Assembly (NCBI GenBank): GCA_001662655.1
Contig: KV460224.1
From: Pseudogymnoascus verrucosus
Taxonomy: Eukaryota
Strand: one strand, 5' to 3'
DNA: 64,000 nt
Positions 40,100 to 54,000 of this stretch are shown here, piece after piece. Under the pieces are notes generated by a model. It searched no databases and was not told the DNA's origin. It worked only from the letters and a program-made list of their open reading frames with translations. A program made the position numbers and the translations under genes. How positions within the stretch are numbered: the stretch's first letter is position 1; each line of letters opens with the position of its first letter.

Positions 40100-42958
40100 C
40101 TATAATAAAATTAAGAGAGCCACTGTTGCAGAATTGCTCCCCTTTCCCAACGCCTCCTTTGGCCTACGACACGACGGTCTTTTCGAAAAGAGGTAATCGT
40201 GTAAAGACTGAGAGTACTCTTGAGTACAAGAGGAAGGGAAACTTGGCAGGAGATGGGGTATAGAGTAGGGTAGGAGGAGGAGGGGAGGGAAGGTTCTGTG
40301 GGTGAGGAAGGAGATACCCAGGGAGATTTAACGGGGGGGGGGAGGGAAGCTTTAGATTTGGTACATTGGTGGAGAGCACGGAGTACATTTCGTAGCTTCC
40401 ATAGGCGAACACACACGCAACACGGGCCACGACGACTTCACCGCCTTTGGGAATTTAGTAGCACACAGTCACTAGTAAAGCACTCTAACATTAATCCCAT
40501 AATCCCGTAATCACACATATGTCACTTTCTTTTTCAATCTATATTCTAGATCCTCGAGTACAGGTACATTATATATCCCTTGCTTTCAAAGCTTCAAAAT
40601 ACGCATGCAAGGGTACTTGCGTATCACATAGGTGGCAAGGCAAGGTAGAAAAGTGCTGGTTGTGGTATTGTTATGCTCCCTTCCGACTGTTTGTTGTCTT
40701 TTGTTGTCTTTATTTATTGACATCTCCACTGACAGCCTCGCCCAGGGTTCAAATCGTCGCTGCCTGCAAGTAATTCTGGGGCTTGGCTCGCGCCGTTGCT
40801 AGTCCGACCCAGTCACTAAGACCTGCGCTTGGCGTCGCCGAACACGTCAAAGGGACCCTTCTTTTTATACCTTAATTCCAGCCTGGGCAGGTGTTGAAGG
40901 GACAACAGATAAACAGCAAAAGATGCCTCTGTTCGCATGCTACTGAGAGGGAGGCGCAGGGAGGATCTCTCGTCGACCAGGAGATCTCAGCATGCATCGC
41001 AGAATCTCTGTGCAGCAACGAAAGCGGACGAGATGACATAGGCTTTCGGGAGTTAATCGGGACCAGTCATTTGATGTGATTCGACGGTGATAAAGCACAC
41101 TGACGGAGCACTTCACTATGCTCCCATTACATGTCAACATGGCGCCACCGGGGGCAGAATGACTACTGTGACAGACCCCCAAACCATGGAAATTAGCTCC
41201 CGTCGTGATGTGAACTCGACGCCGAATAGGGTCAATCTAAAGTGTGTCCTTGGGGTTTCTGGCGTGAGAAGCTTATCCCCCACATCAAACCATCGAGCCC
41301 TATTCGCACGGAGAGGAGAACTCTATTAATCCATCCTGTCGCTGAGAAAATGGACGGGTACTTCCACAACAGGTTGTTGTACTAACGAAGGATTCATGAT
41401 ATGGCACTTGGCAAAACTTAACATTACGCCACAATCTCACAATCTCACAATCCCACAATCCCACGGCCCATCACCAGGATCACGATAAGAATGGGCACAG
41501 TCTCAAAGCACCATAAACGTGCCAAGTCATAGGCACTTTGTTCGCTTGAAACATACACCACGGAAGCTGAAAAGAAGCACCATCGAGTGTCTCGGCGTGG
41601 CATATAAATCCACTGCCATACGTCAACACAGGTCCATTCAGTGACCACGCTCGGAACAGCTTTTCTGCCATCCTGGCCCTGCCACGGCGCTAAAGCACGC
41701 AGCCCGCAAAGTACCACTTTTGAGCTAATCCCACTGCGTCGACTTGTGTCCATCAGCAAATGAGCTCATAGACAATTCTCCAAGGAAGGTGGTTCATGTT
41801 GCACACAATTTGGAAATGACAATTGGAGAACCCCTACGTCCAGGACAGTAGCGCATCTATTTCATCTGGCCCCTATCATCGGAACCCTGCCGACTTGTTG
41901 GTTGCGGCCAAGATGGAAGTGTCTCCGGCCAAGAATATAATTGCTATCAACTTTCAGGATATCAACAGCGACTGTTCTTTACGATGCACTCAACAGCCGT
42001 CGCGTCTCCAAAGCAATACACCAAACGCGTTATTTCTCATCTGCGAAAAGCAGTACGTGGCCCGTGAAACGTAATCCCCATCCCGTACCCCCACCTCCGT
42101 CCGTAACACAGCCTCCAGCCCCCAACACCACACCCGCACTCAAGCATTATAATACGCGGCTTATATGCACCGTCGAGGTAAACACGAACAGATCCCGCCC
42201 CCGAACAATATCCGAATCCTGCGCGTGCGTCATCAAGCAATTTTCTGAAACAACCCCTCACCTACTCCAAACGGGGCCCTTACCTTCCAATTTGAAGCTA
42301 TGGATTTTGTCATACAGAACTCCAGTGTGCTGTTACTCGCTGGAGTAAGGGGGAAACCACTTGATGTGAGGTGTAGCACAGGGAGCAAACATTCGGCTTT
42401 CACCATGACCTTGACCCGAAGTAACTCCTTGACCCCATATCCGGCGCCAAGGTGATGGCAACGATGCTCCAATCGCACTGGCAAATTCTGCCAGTCTAGG
42501 GGCTGAAGAGCTGTGCCCCGCGACAATGTTAATATAGGGATAACGCAAATGATCATTGTATTGCTGACTGCAGCGGCCTCCTACAGAGTGGCACAGGGGC
42601 TTCACAATATCGTTTATAACAAGCAATAGATTCCATTATATTTCAATAGTTGCACCATGCGCATGCCAGCATTATCTCCACTAGTAGACAAAGCTCCCCT
42701 TTGTCTGGTATATGCCTCAATAGTCATCTAGACATCCGGTGCGTATTATAGCCCTATCAGCACTTAATGGTACATAAGCAATTGCAACTGGTCTTGACTA
42801 CCCGCCGAGCTCCACCCATCTGATTGATATACGGGGTCCACGTGCAAAAGTGAATAATTGTGTTATTTATACCACGCTATGCCATACAGAATATATACAT
42901 TAGACTAACTTGATATTACCCCTTCCATCTGCCAACAAAAAAAGTCTCCCTCTGCTAC

Positions 42959-44051
42959 TTAATGAGCTAGAACATTCTGCTGGGTGCTTCGAACAGCCTC
43001 CTGCAACCACGCCGGCCAACCACGAAGGGCAGATCCAACCGAATAACGTCCAGGCAAGAATATTTGACCGCTGTTACCGGATAGAATATGGTTCATAATG
43101 GTCTCAACCACTGGCTCTGGCTCTAGGAGGAGCGGCTTGAATTTCCCCTGTCCGTGGACTTTGTCAATCAACGCAGTCCGGATGTAAGTAGGGTGAACGA
43201 TACTAAGACATATGTTAGAGATCATTCTCATTTCAATAACCTCGCGGAGAGTTGCCGCGGTAATCCACCTCCATATCACTTACCTAGTGCGAACCTTCTT
43301 CGCATTATACGCGTGCCTCAGCTCCTGTGCCAACCCCTCATGCAGCGCCAGCGCTCCAGCCTTAGAGCACGAATAATCCACATTCTGCACCCCCGTAATA
43401 AAGCTAGCCAAGCTGGCAATAGTCACAATGTGGCCATGGTTGCGCTTGATCATCGCGGGCAGGAATTCCTTGATGAGCAGGAAGTTTGAGATCACGTTCA
43501 CATCGAAGACTTGACGGATCTCCTCCTCGCTCTCGGCGAGCATGGTCTTGATCTTCATCACGCCCGCATTGTTGACTAACACCGTGGGGTCGCCGTGCTT
43601 GGAGCGGATGGTCTGGGCTACCTCTGCGAGGTTGGCGGAGGAGGTGATATCAGCCTCGTAGAAGTAGGCGTTTGCAGCTGTGATACTAGTTAGACGAGTG
43701 AAAGTATAGAAGTTAGGGGCCAGGAGAGAGTGTTAACTAACGAAGAGGAGTCCTAGGAGGCATAACATCCAAGCTGATAACCTTGATACCCTTCGCCGCC
43801 AGCTTCCGCACGAGCAAATCCCCAAGACCACCTGAGCCCCCCGTGACGACTACTACTTCCTGGCTCCACACATACCGGTCCGAGACGAAGTTATTCAGCA
43901 CTGATTGAGAGAGTAGGCCGTTGACTTTGCGGAGAGAGAGGATGGCCAGTATGGTGGGGAGAGCGAGCTTGACGCTGCGGGGGGTGTTTACCCATCCCAT
44001 TACGAGCTTGATAGCCAGTGGCTGGAGGCTTTGGGGTATCGTGATCGCCAT
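42959..44051 (-). CDS. Membrane-anchored SDR (retinol dehydrogenase / 17-beta-HSD11-like)
   Basis: VVTGGSGGLG, VNNAG, YSCSK; two introns. Confidence 0.9.
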
Positions 44052-44541
44052 GGTTACGGTGTGATAGTAAGCGGTCTATAATACGATAAATGCAAATATA
44101 AGCTCAAGGTTGATACCCTAGGATGAATATGCCTAGATACTTTACTGAAGAAAGAGTTAAATGCTGGTAGTTAAGATATCCTATATTATAGTTGTGATGG
44201 GGGTTGATCCCAAATAGCCTCGGTCCAGAACGTGGTTCTGAGCTTCTTGGCGGGAAGCACATGACAACTCACGAAAGTCGCCCTTGAACACTTTCTTCTC
44301 ACTTAATCTCGAGCTTCACAATTTACTTTCTTTAAAATAGCAATAAATTAGTATTGAATTCTAAATATTTGACGCCGTCGCGAATGAACGCCAGTATCAA
44401 ATCTATGTATTGTCTCCCAACCTCCCACGCCAACGTCCCAGGGTCGCACTCTACATAAACTGGCCCCAGACTTCAAACGGTCGCTGTAACTACGCTGTGT
44501 ACCAGCCACAAGCCGCTGCATTGCTCAAGTAAATCTCACAC

Positions 44542-46305
44542 CTACGCCACGCGATTCAAATCCTTGGCCTTCGCCGCTGCCCGCTGGCAAGCGTGATCAA
44601 ACTGGATACTCAACAGACTAACCACCAGTGCTGCCAATCCTGAAAACAGCGTGACCACGTAAGCGTTGCGGTAACACTCCAGGCCCAGGTCGCACACGCG
44701 ATCGCCATCTTTGCCAATGACACTATGGGCGTCGAACACGACGCCATAGAAGAGATTGAAGATGTTCCCGGACAGGACGGGTGCGAGGGTCATGAAGCCC
44801 CAATTGGTAGAAAGGCCGTGGATGCCAAACACCTCCGCGACGATTGAGGGGAAGACGCCGAAGAGGAACCCGTACGCCAGACCGCAGAGCGATGAGACGA
44901 GGAATAGATAGTGTGGGTCTCTGATGGTTATGGCGAGGAGCTGTGCGATCGTGAAGATGGCTGAAGCTATGGTGAGGCACCATGTGCGGCTTGCTTGAAG
45001 GCGTCGCACGAGGATGTCGGACCCAACGCCGCTGAGGAGGCGGCCGAAAAAGCTGCATATGGAGAGGATAGAGACGTGCATTGCACGGCGCTTCGTGATG
45101 TAGGTAGGGTCAGTGTTGGGGTCGTAGTGGCGCCACAGGGCAGTTGCGTCATTGCCGATGTTACTACGGCAGATGTTAGGCATGTGTAGTTGTGGATGGG
45201 CGTAGATAGGATGACTTACTTGATGGTCATCAAACCGATGCCGGAGAGGAGGCCCATGAGCGCGAAGAGGAACCAGAATTTGGTGTTCATGAATAGGCGT
45301 AGGCCACGGATATCTACATGGTGGGAAGGGTCTTTATGAGCCACATTTCCTTCTAAGTCGTCACGAATCGAGGCATTCGATGATAGCAACGAGGACGTCT
45401 CGCTGATCTCGATCGGGACGGTGACCGGTGCGGCGGCACCGGACTCTGAAGTGGTTTCCAATGAGGATGTGTTTGATATAGAAATGAGGCAAAGGGAAAT
45501 ACAACGTACCAGGTTCCATAGACGCACGTCGGTTCGCGTGTTTAGTCTCTTGGGATCGAGTGCGGATCAAGGGGTTGGAATCCGTGCTTGAAGGTGTATC
45601 GCTTGTGGGAATCGAAGAATATGCCGAATGTGGGTAGATATGCATGAAGAAGAACGAGACAAAGATTATGCCTGATGTTCCAGCAGCAAGGAGAAGCAGG
45701 AAGTCACCCGTATTGCCTTCGAAGGCAAGCTGGGCAAACGCAGAGAAGAAGAAGGCGCTGAGGCCAAATGCAGCCAGCGGGAATGCCGTAGCTGTCCCTC
45801 GGTGGTGAGGCCAGTTGAGGGCAGAGACTTTCACGGCTGCTGCGAATGCACTGCAGCTTCCGAATCCCGTACATACTGCATAGAAACACAGCGCAGCCAG
45901 TGACCCCTCCCCGCTCACATATGCTTGTCGTAGAGGAAAGTAGCCCACTCCCAGCAACAGAGCGCCGGCTAGAACAGCAGGTCGAGGTCCCTTATTGTCG
46001 ACGAATATCCCAACTGGTATGCCCATAGCGTACATTCCCATATTGGCGGAAGTTCCCTAGATATCTTAGCTTCGGGTCCATAGATGCGTGGTCCAGAGCC
46101 TTACGATCAAGTTGCTTTCTGTCGAGGAGAGCTGCAGCTTCTCCGCAAACTGGGGTCCCCACGCCGAATAGGCATACTATTTGAGTCAGCTCAAGCAACG
46201 ACACAGGTCTGTAGAACCTACGTTTGTCCCGCAAGCAATGGATATGGCTGTGGCAGCGATGCTGGACACAACTCGCGCCCTCGTCAGGGATCTTTCAGAG
46301 GCCAT
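44542..46305 (-). CDS. MFS transporter, Mch1/nodulin-like
   Basis: SIACGTN|Y..SAWGPQFAEKL; GMYAMGIPVG; NWPHHRGTATAFPLAAFGLSAF; GRLLSG; several introns. Confidence 0.88.
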
Positions 46306-46710
46306 TGCAGGCGAATTGGATGCTAATAGTTGCCGGTAAAATTACGAGGCCATGTAGTTGATGAATGCCGTGCTCACAGAGTCGTCGGCAGCTTCTTCTA
46401 TATCTGCATGCTGAACACTGGATTGGTGGAACGTTTGCTGTTGATTGTGGTCTGTAAGCAGAAGTTGTGTTCATCCCCAAGCCGACGCCGGTGTCTGGGC
46501 CTAACTTGGCCTTATCGGGTATTACGCGATAAGGACATGATGATCTAGCCCAATAAGGCTAGTATATGCCGAGCCGCGATGTCATCGAGCAGGCCGCGTG
46601 GGTGAGACCCTTCGTCGGCGCTTCCTCAAACCACAACCACGATCGTGCGAGTAAACACAAACTCATAACTGTACTGCTTTCCGCCAGGCTCTATAGCATA
46701 CTGCGGGAAG

Positions 46711-48266
46711 ATGGGTGCTCTATTATCTATCCCGCTATTGGCGGTGCCCAGCATCGGCACTGTAAGTTGCAGCCTCCCGCGTGGGATGCCTCGTCCTCTT
46801 GCTAACACCAGGACAGGTCCTAGGCTTCGCAGCTTCGTGTTGCGGCGCGGCGACTTGCTCAGCGATATGTAGCATGTGCGGTAAATGTGGCAACAGGTAT
46901 GTGAATTCGAGATACGATGGACTCTCATCAGGCAACTAACTATTGCCCTAGTGTCGCCACACGTATCGCCTATGCCCTTATTCTTATGGTTAACTCGATC
47001 TTTGCCTGGATTATGCTCACGCCGTGGGCGATAAACAAACTACAACATTTGACACTCGATTATATGACGATCAGCTGCCCGGAAGGCGCATGCTATGGAT
47101 GGGTTGCTGTCCATCGCATCAACTTTGCGCTCGGGGTTCTTCACCTGTTGCTGGCGTTACTCCTCCTTGGTGTCAGGTCTTCGAAGGACCAACGAGCCGG
47201 TATTCAGAATGGATTCTGGGGTCCTAAGATTATTGCATGGCTTGCGCTGATTGTCCTGTCGTTCCTCATCCCCGATGGATTCTTCATGGTCTGGGGCAAC
47301 TACATTGCCTTTGCAGGCGCGATGCTATTCCTCCTACTCGGCCTCATCCTCTTAGTTGATCTGGCGCATACATGGGCAGAATACTGTCTATCCCAAATCG
47401 AGGAGAACGATTCGAAGGCATGGAGGGGTATTCTCATCGGATCCACTCTTGGGATGTACGCGATCTCGATCACGATGACTGTTGTGCAATACGTCTTCTT
47501 CGCTGGCGGAGGATGCTCTATGAACCAGGCAGCAATCACAATCAACTTGATTCTCCTGTTTGTTGTGTCGGCGATTTCCGTTCACCCTGGCATCCAAGAC
47601 TATAATCCAAAGGCCGGGCTTGCGCAATCAGCCATGGTTGCTATCTACTGCACCTATCTCACCATGTCCGCAGTTTCCATGGAGCCTGACGACAAGCACT
47701 GCAACCCCCTTGTCAGAGGGGGACAAGCGACAAGAACTACGACGGTTGTCATTGGTGCTATTGTTACCATGCTTACTGTTGCGTACACAACCACCCGCGC
47801 TGCAACTCAAGGCATGGCACTCGGTGGCTCAACCCAAAGCATCAGGCTCTCAGATGACGAGCACGGACTTATCACCACGCAGCCCGACAGCCGCCGTGAA
47901 ATGCGCGCTGCCGCTCTCCGTCAAGCTGTAGCTGAAGGCAGTCTCCCGGCCGATGCACTCCTGGACGACGACAGCGACGACGAGAGCGACGCTGGGCGCA
48001 CGGGCAAGGATGATGAGCGTGGCGCGACTCAATACAACTACTCCCTCTTCCATATCATCTTCTTCCTTGCAACGGCCTGGGTTGCGACGCTGCTTACTAT
48101 GAATTTTGAGGAGGACTCGTCAGAGGATGGCCTTGACTTCGTGCCGGTGGGAAGGACGTACTGGGCTAGCTGGGTGAAGATTGTGAGTGCGTGGGTGTGC
48201 TATGGTATCTACACGTGGACTCTGGTAGCGCCAGTGGTTCTTCCTGATCGTTTTGAATTTTCATGA
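46711..48266 (+). CDS. TMS1: Serine incorporator (Serinc/TMS) membrane protein
   Basis: MGALLSIPLL..SCCGAATCS..CGKC; VHRINFALG; RAGIQNGFWGPK; YNYSLFH; WVKIVSAWVCY; two 5' introns. Confidence 0.93.
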
Positions 48267-49406
48267 GGAGAGGCTGGTTGGTAGGCGTTGGCATGCTGTG
48301 CGCTGTACATAGTAGTTTTTCAATACCGCATTGGTTTATGTAGATACAATCGCGAGTGGAACCTAAATAGTAGTCTTGAGGACTATAATCTGAATGGATA
48401 TCCCTTTTCTAGTAATAAGGAATGTCTTTCTCCAATTCCCAGTACCTTCCAGCTGTGTCTATAAATATCGTCCTTTTTATAGCAGATGCCCCTTTTCTTG
48501 GGGGTCAAGGCGGTTGCCATATTAGGGCGCGCATTAAATTCAAGAAGACGATGCCACCAGCATCTATGCCCGCTGCTACTCGTACTGATCTGACTGCACT
48601 AGGTAGAAGGGTGTGCGGGCGTGGCACGAGGGCGTCACGGGGGACCGACTAATCCTGGCACACCACACTTCTTTTACTGCTTGCCATTTAGGCTGGGCGC
48701 ATTGGTTGTTAAATTGTCCAGCGAAAGGCACAGCATTCGTCAAAAAGGCTTAAAGCACAAGAGATGGAGCTAGCAGATCCGCAACCCCCGAAGTACTATC
48801 GGCCCTAATTAAAGCGGAAGTATAAAAATCCATGAATAATTCCACTGTAAATATAATTCGCTCTTTTTGGTCAGTTCCTCCAATTAACTTGTGCCCGATT
48901 AAATAACCGGCCTTCGCACTCATGAAAACCTGAAAGTGCTGGTAGATGAAAGAGGCCTTGATATACATGCACCTTGAAAGAGTGAGAATAAGAGTTATAA
49001 TACTGCCGAACGAAAGTGCCGGATCTGTCGACTATTTCGGCATATATATTAGGTTGCGGAGTAATTCCTACCGTTTTTTCATAGTTCCCTTGTACGACAC
49101 CGCCTTCTAAGGCGCTATAATCAATATACCCCACACAGAGTTTAAGTTTATAATCTCGTGCCCGGAGCCGGATGGGCAACTATATTAAATTCTTCAAATA
49201 CACCCCACCGGACGTGTCAGTAGATCACCTCGCTTTTAGGCTGTGCCTATGTCCCGCATATGCGCCATGGGCCCCCGCCATTCCCTCTCAACTGAACTGT
49301 ATATGAACAAGCCATCAGAATGTGACCCCAGATTTTCCTGATGTGAGACTGACTGCTTTAACTGCATCGAGGAGGAAGAAAGTTGACCGTTCTTTAACTC
49401 ATAAAT

Positions 49407-50471
49407 ATGCTGCTCCTCCGTTCATTCTTCTTGGCCATCCCCTTCGTGGGCTTATCCACGGCGGCCCTCACATACAAAGGAGCAGACTGGTCATCGGTGC
49501 CAGTAGAAGAAAAAGCTGGAAAATCGTATAAGAACACAGCAGGGACGAGTCAGCCGTTTGAGACAATTTTGAAAGCCAGCGGTGCCAACACCGTACGCCA
49601 GCGTATCTGGGTCAACCCATCCGATGGCAATTACAACTTAGACTACAATATCAAGCTGGCAAAACGAGCCAAAGCTGCTGGGTTGAAGATCTACCTCGAC
49701 CTTCACTACGCTGACAGCTGGGCCGATCCAGGAAAGCAGCCCACCCCGTCAGCATGGGCGAGCCAGGGTATCAACGACCTTGCCAACACCGTCTACCAAT
49801 ACACCTTGAACATCGCCAACACCTTCGCCAGCAACGGCATAGATGTGGCTCTCATGTCCATTGGCAATGAGATCACTGCTGGTATGCTCTGGCCCCTTGG
49901 AAAGATCGCCAACTCGGGCGGAGCATACAACACTGCGCGCCTGTTGCACTCCGCTGCATGGGGTATCAAGGATTCCAACTGGGGAACCAAACCACTCATC
50001 ATGATCCACCTGGACAATGGCTGGAACTGGGATACCCAGAAGTGGTGGTACGACCTGATCCTCTCCCAGGGTCCCCTCCTTGCTTCCGATTACGACGTCC
50101 AGGGTGTCTCGTACTATCCGTTCTACAACTCCGCTGCCAAGCTCTCGTCCCTCAAGACTAGCATCACCAACATGAGATCGACTTACGGCAAGCAGGTCCA
50201 GGTCGTTGAGACGGACTGGCCCACGTACTGCCCGAAACCCGCATATGCCTTCCCCTCAGACATCTCGAGCATCCCATTCAGCCCAGAGGGACAAACGACG
50301 TTCATGAAGAATTTGGCGTCTACGATCTCGTCAGCTGGTGGGAACGGGCTCTTCTATTGGGAGCCGGCGTGGATTGATAATGCGAGCTTGGGAAGCAGCT
50401 GTGGGTATAACTTGATGGTTGATGATACGGGGAAGGCCATGTCTAGCTTGGCGGTATTTGGATCAATCTGA
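49407..50471 (+). CDS. Secreted GH53 endo-1,4-beta-galactanase
   Basis: Signal peptide; GADWSS, VRQRIWVNP, DLHYADSWADPGKQ, IGNEI, SYYPFY, VVETDWP, FYWEPAW. Confidence 0.96.
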   Translation: MLLLRSFFLAIPFVGLSTAALTYKGADWSSVPVEEKAGKSYKNTAGTSQPFETILKASGANTVRQRIWVNPSDGNYNLDYNIKLAKRAKAAGLKIYLDLHYADSWADPGKQPTPSAWASQGINDLANTVYQYTLNIANTFASNGIDVALMSIGNEITAGMLWPLGKIANSGGAYNTARLLHSAAWGIKDSNWGTKPLIMIHLDNGWNWDTQKWWYDLILSQGPLLASDYDVQGVSYYPFYNSAAKLSSLKTSITNMRSTYGKQVQVVETDWPTYCPKPAYAFPSDISSIPFSPEGQTTFMKNLASTISSAGGNGLFYWEPAWIDNASLGSSCGYNLMVDDTGKAMSSLAVFGSI

Positions 50472-51024
50472 GTATAGTGAACAATATTCTATGCTTTAGC
50501 AATATCACGACTTTGGTTCCATTGTATGACTGCCTCTGACTGACTTGTTAAAGAAGATAAAACAGGAAGGACCTGGATAGATAAATCTCAGGGATCCTTC
50601 TGCTCCATGGGGGAAAATACTTCTGGTTATACCTCGCGCCTCAGATATGACCATGGAGTCAGGCTGCCTGGGGTGTGTGTGGCCTTGACCCCCACAAGTG
50701 GCGTTTGTAATGCGTTGTTCGATTGATGTCCCGTCTCGGGTTACCCCGCCACAAATGAGGCTGACCGCACAAGTCGTGGGGGCTGAGGGGTGAGAGATGG
50801 TCCTGCATTTGCGCCGCGCAAGGTTGACCTGCAATACCAACACGGCTTCGCAAAGCTTCTGATATAAAGCACTCCCATGGATGAGAACTATACATATCAG
50901 GTGATTCCGCTTCATCTTCTGGAACCTTTGATCCCACTTCTGTGAATCTCCATCATATATGTCGAAAGGCAGTATCGAGTCTAGTGGTCCGTGAGGCTGT
51001 AGCACCCCAGCAGGTTCCAACCAA

Positions 51025-54000
51025 ATGGTGTGTTTGCGGGATGAGATATTTTTTCAAATCTATCCATATTTCAACTCTCCTTCACCTATATTTCATGTTT
51101 ATAACTAATGTGTCAAGAAAACCTTCCTCCGCCGCAAGAAACGGCACGGCGACGGAGACGGATCGAAAAACCATTCAGCTGACGATGAGCTTCGCGATTC
51201 GGACGGTACTGCGTCCTCAAATGTCACTGCACACCCCCCATTGCCATTGTTATTTCGACACTCCCATCAAAGTACCCAGTCGGGCCACAAGGACTCCACT
51301 CATGAACAACAGCCAGTGTCGCAACCAAAACTTTCATCGAATATCGAGGTGCGAAAACCTCCTGCCAAGGACCCTCTTGGTCTAGAAGTTATCTATAGAC
51401 CGCCTGGAGAGCACAAGGTTGATATTGTTTTTGTACACGGCCTTGGTGGTGGTAGTCGAAGGACGTGGTCTAAAGGCAGCAATCCTGACAACTTCTGGCC
51501 GCTTAACTTGCTACCATTTGAGGCCGAAATCGAGGAGGCGCGAATTTCGACATTCGGGTACAATGGTACCTTTAATGGACCAGGGATCAGAAACTTGATG
51601 CTGTTCTCGGAGCTTTCTAAGGATTTTCTATACAATCTGAAGTATGCATCGTATGAGTCTGAACAAGGGACAAAATATTTTGGGATAGGTGAAGTACGTA
51701 CGACAAATAATATTGATATGTGCTTGAAAAACAAAGTCTAACGTGACTACAGAAGCCCATCATTTTTATAGCCCATTCAATGGGTGGACTTATAGTGAAA
51801 GAAGCATACCTGGAAGGGCAAATTGATTTCCGGTATAAGGAAATCATTAAATCGGTCTCATCTATCATATTCCTCTCAACTCCACACCGTGGAAGCAACA
51901 TGCCTGAGACATTGCACAAAATTTTTGGGGTTACAAACATAAATTACCATACGAAGTATCTTGAAGACCTGGTGCCCAGGTCCCAAGTGCTACAGAGTCT
52001 GAACGACCGATTCAGGCATGTGGCATCGAATTTACAAATTGTATCGTTTTATGAAACGCTCCCAACAGCAATAGTTATGCGAAAGATGGTAAGCAACTCG
52101 GTTCGAAGTTAGTGAAGGTTTTTAACGGCTAACTGAGGAACGTAGATGGTGTTGGAGAAAGACTCATCCATTTTGGGCTATCCTGGGGAAATATCAAAAC
52201 CACTTAACGCCGATCATCGCGGGGTTTGCAAATTTGATGGGCCTAATGACCCCAATTACGTTAGTGTACGGAATGTCATCCAGTCACTCATTAAGAGTCA
52301 CAAGCCAAATGGTAAGCTATGGTTCCTCACTCAAACTGAGTCCGGCTAACAGAGTTAGTGATGTTGGTTGCAGAGGAAGTCCAGGAGAGCAGTGTACCAA
52401 AGGTATCATTCGACTTTGAGGCATACCTCTCAGCTCCTGAGTCACCAGAAAGAGACTATAATTTTTTCCGTGACAGGTGGACGCCAGGAACTTGTAACTG
52501 GATTCTTAAAAATGCCACATTCAAGGATTGGTTACAGGACACCCGCCGCAACCCCCGAGTTTTATGGATCAATGGGAACGCAGCCAGTGGAAAATCGATC
52601 CTTTCGTCTTTTGTTATTAACCACATGGCTCAACTTGGTTGGTCCTGCCAGTATTTCTTCATTCGCTTTGAAAACAACAAGAAGCGGACGTTGAATAATA
52701 TGATGCGATCTCTGGCATGCCAGCTGGCACGTTCCATACCGGAATATGCCCAAAGGCTAAGGCAACTACAAGTTACGGGTGCTGATCTTAAAACAGCTGA
52801 TTTCCAAAGCCTTTGGTTGTGGCTATACCAAAGGAGTCTGGTCACATTAGGCATTAAACGTCCATTGTTTTGGATCATTGATGGTGTTGATGAAGCAGAA
52901 AACCCTGAATCTATTGTAAGAGTTTTTTTGAAACTCTATTCAGCGACTATACCCATCCGTGTGTTGGTTGTGAGCCGTCCAACACATGAAATCTCATCAT
53001 CCTTCCAGAAACTACAGAAGCAGATCCATTCAGACAAAATACACATCGAAGGAAACCAAGAAGATGTCCTCAGCTATATTACCAATGAAATGAATCTCGC
53101 AGGAGAATCTCCTTATCGAGAGGACATTATCCGCCAGATTCTTGAGAAAGCGCATGGCAATTTCCTGTGGGCCCGTTTTGCCGTGGAAAAAATAAACAAG
53201 TGCCATACCAGGTTAGATGTGAAAGCGGCACTGAATGAGCTCCCATTGGGAATGGAGGGACTTTATGATCGAATGGCAAACACAATCCAGACACAGCCCA
53301 ATGGTAACAATCAGACGCTTTCCAAAATTATTTTGGTCTGGGCAACGTGCTCTCAGCGATCTCTAAGTGTAGAGGAGCTTCGTGATGCGCTGGGAAAGGA
53401 TAGACCCCTTGATATCTATAGGGCTATTACCGATGTATGCGGAGGATTTGTGGTGATTGATAATGAGGAGAAAGTTTCCATGATCCATGCGACGGCAGTG
53501 GAATATTTGTTTCAGAAGGATCGTGAAGATCACCAGCTTGTTATCAACCAGAAAACTGCAAACGACGAGCTATTTAAGAGTTGCATACTCTGCTTGATGG
53601 ACCCAAAACTTCGGAGTCGGGTAAATCGAAACGATCCACCAGTTTTCCTGGACTATGCAATGAACTTTTGGTTTATTCATCTAGCACATGGATCTGCTAC
53701 TGAAACAGATGTCCTCATGCTACTGTTTAGGTTCTTACAGGAACCGCATGTGCTGACATGGATAAGCATAGCAGCCAAAAAGAAACAGCTGAGAGGGTTA
53801 ATAGAAGCTCCTCGGCACATGGTGGCAGTTGCAAATATGTTAAGTGAACTCCATATACAGGATGACAATGCCATAGAGCAGCATAAAGCAATTGAGTTGC
53901 TCACAAGCTGGGCGACAGATCTTGTCAATGTTGTTGGGAAATTTGGAAGTTATTTGACCAAGGACCCAGACTCAATTTACAAATTAATCCCGCCTTTCTG

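Noticed and set aside
41430..41463. (CACAATCY)n short tandem repeat
   Set aside because: Simple microsatellite with no spacers; not CRISPR-like.
40500..42900. Many short ORFs in the BST1-SDR intergenic region
   Set aside because: No motifs, consistent splice pattern or codon bias; no tRNA fold found.
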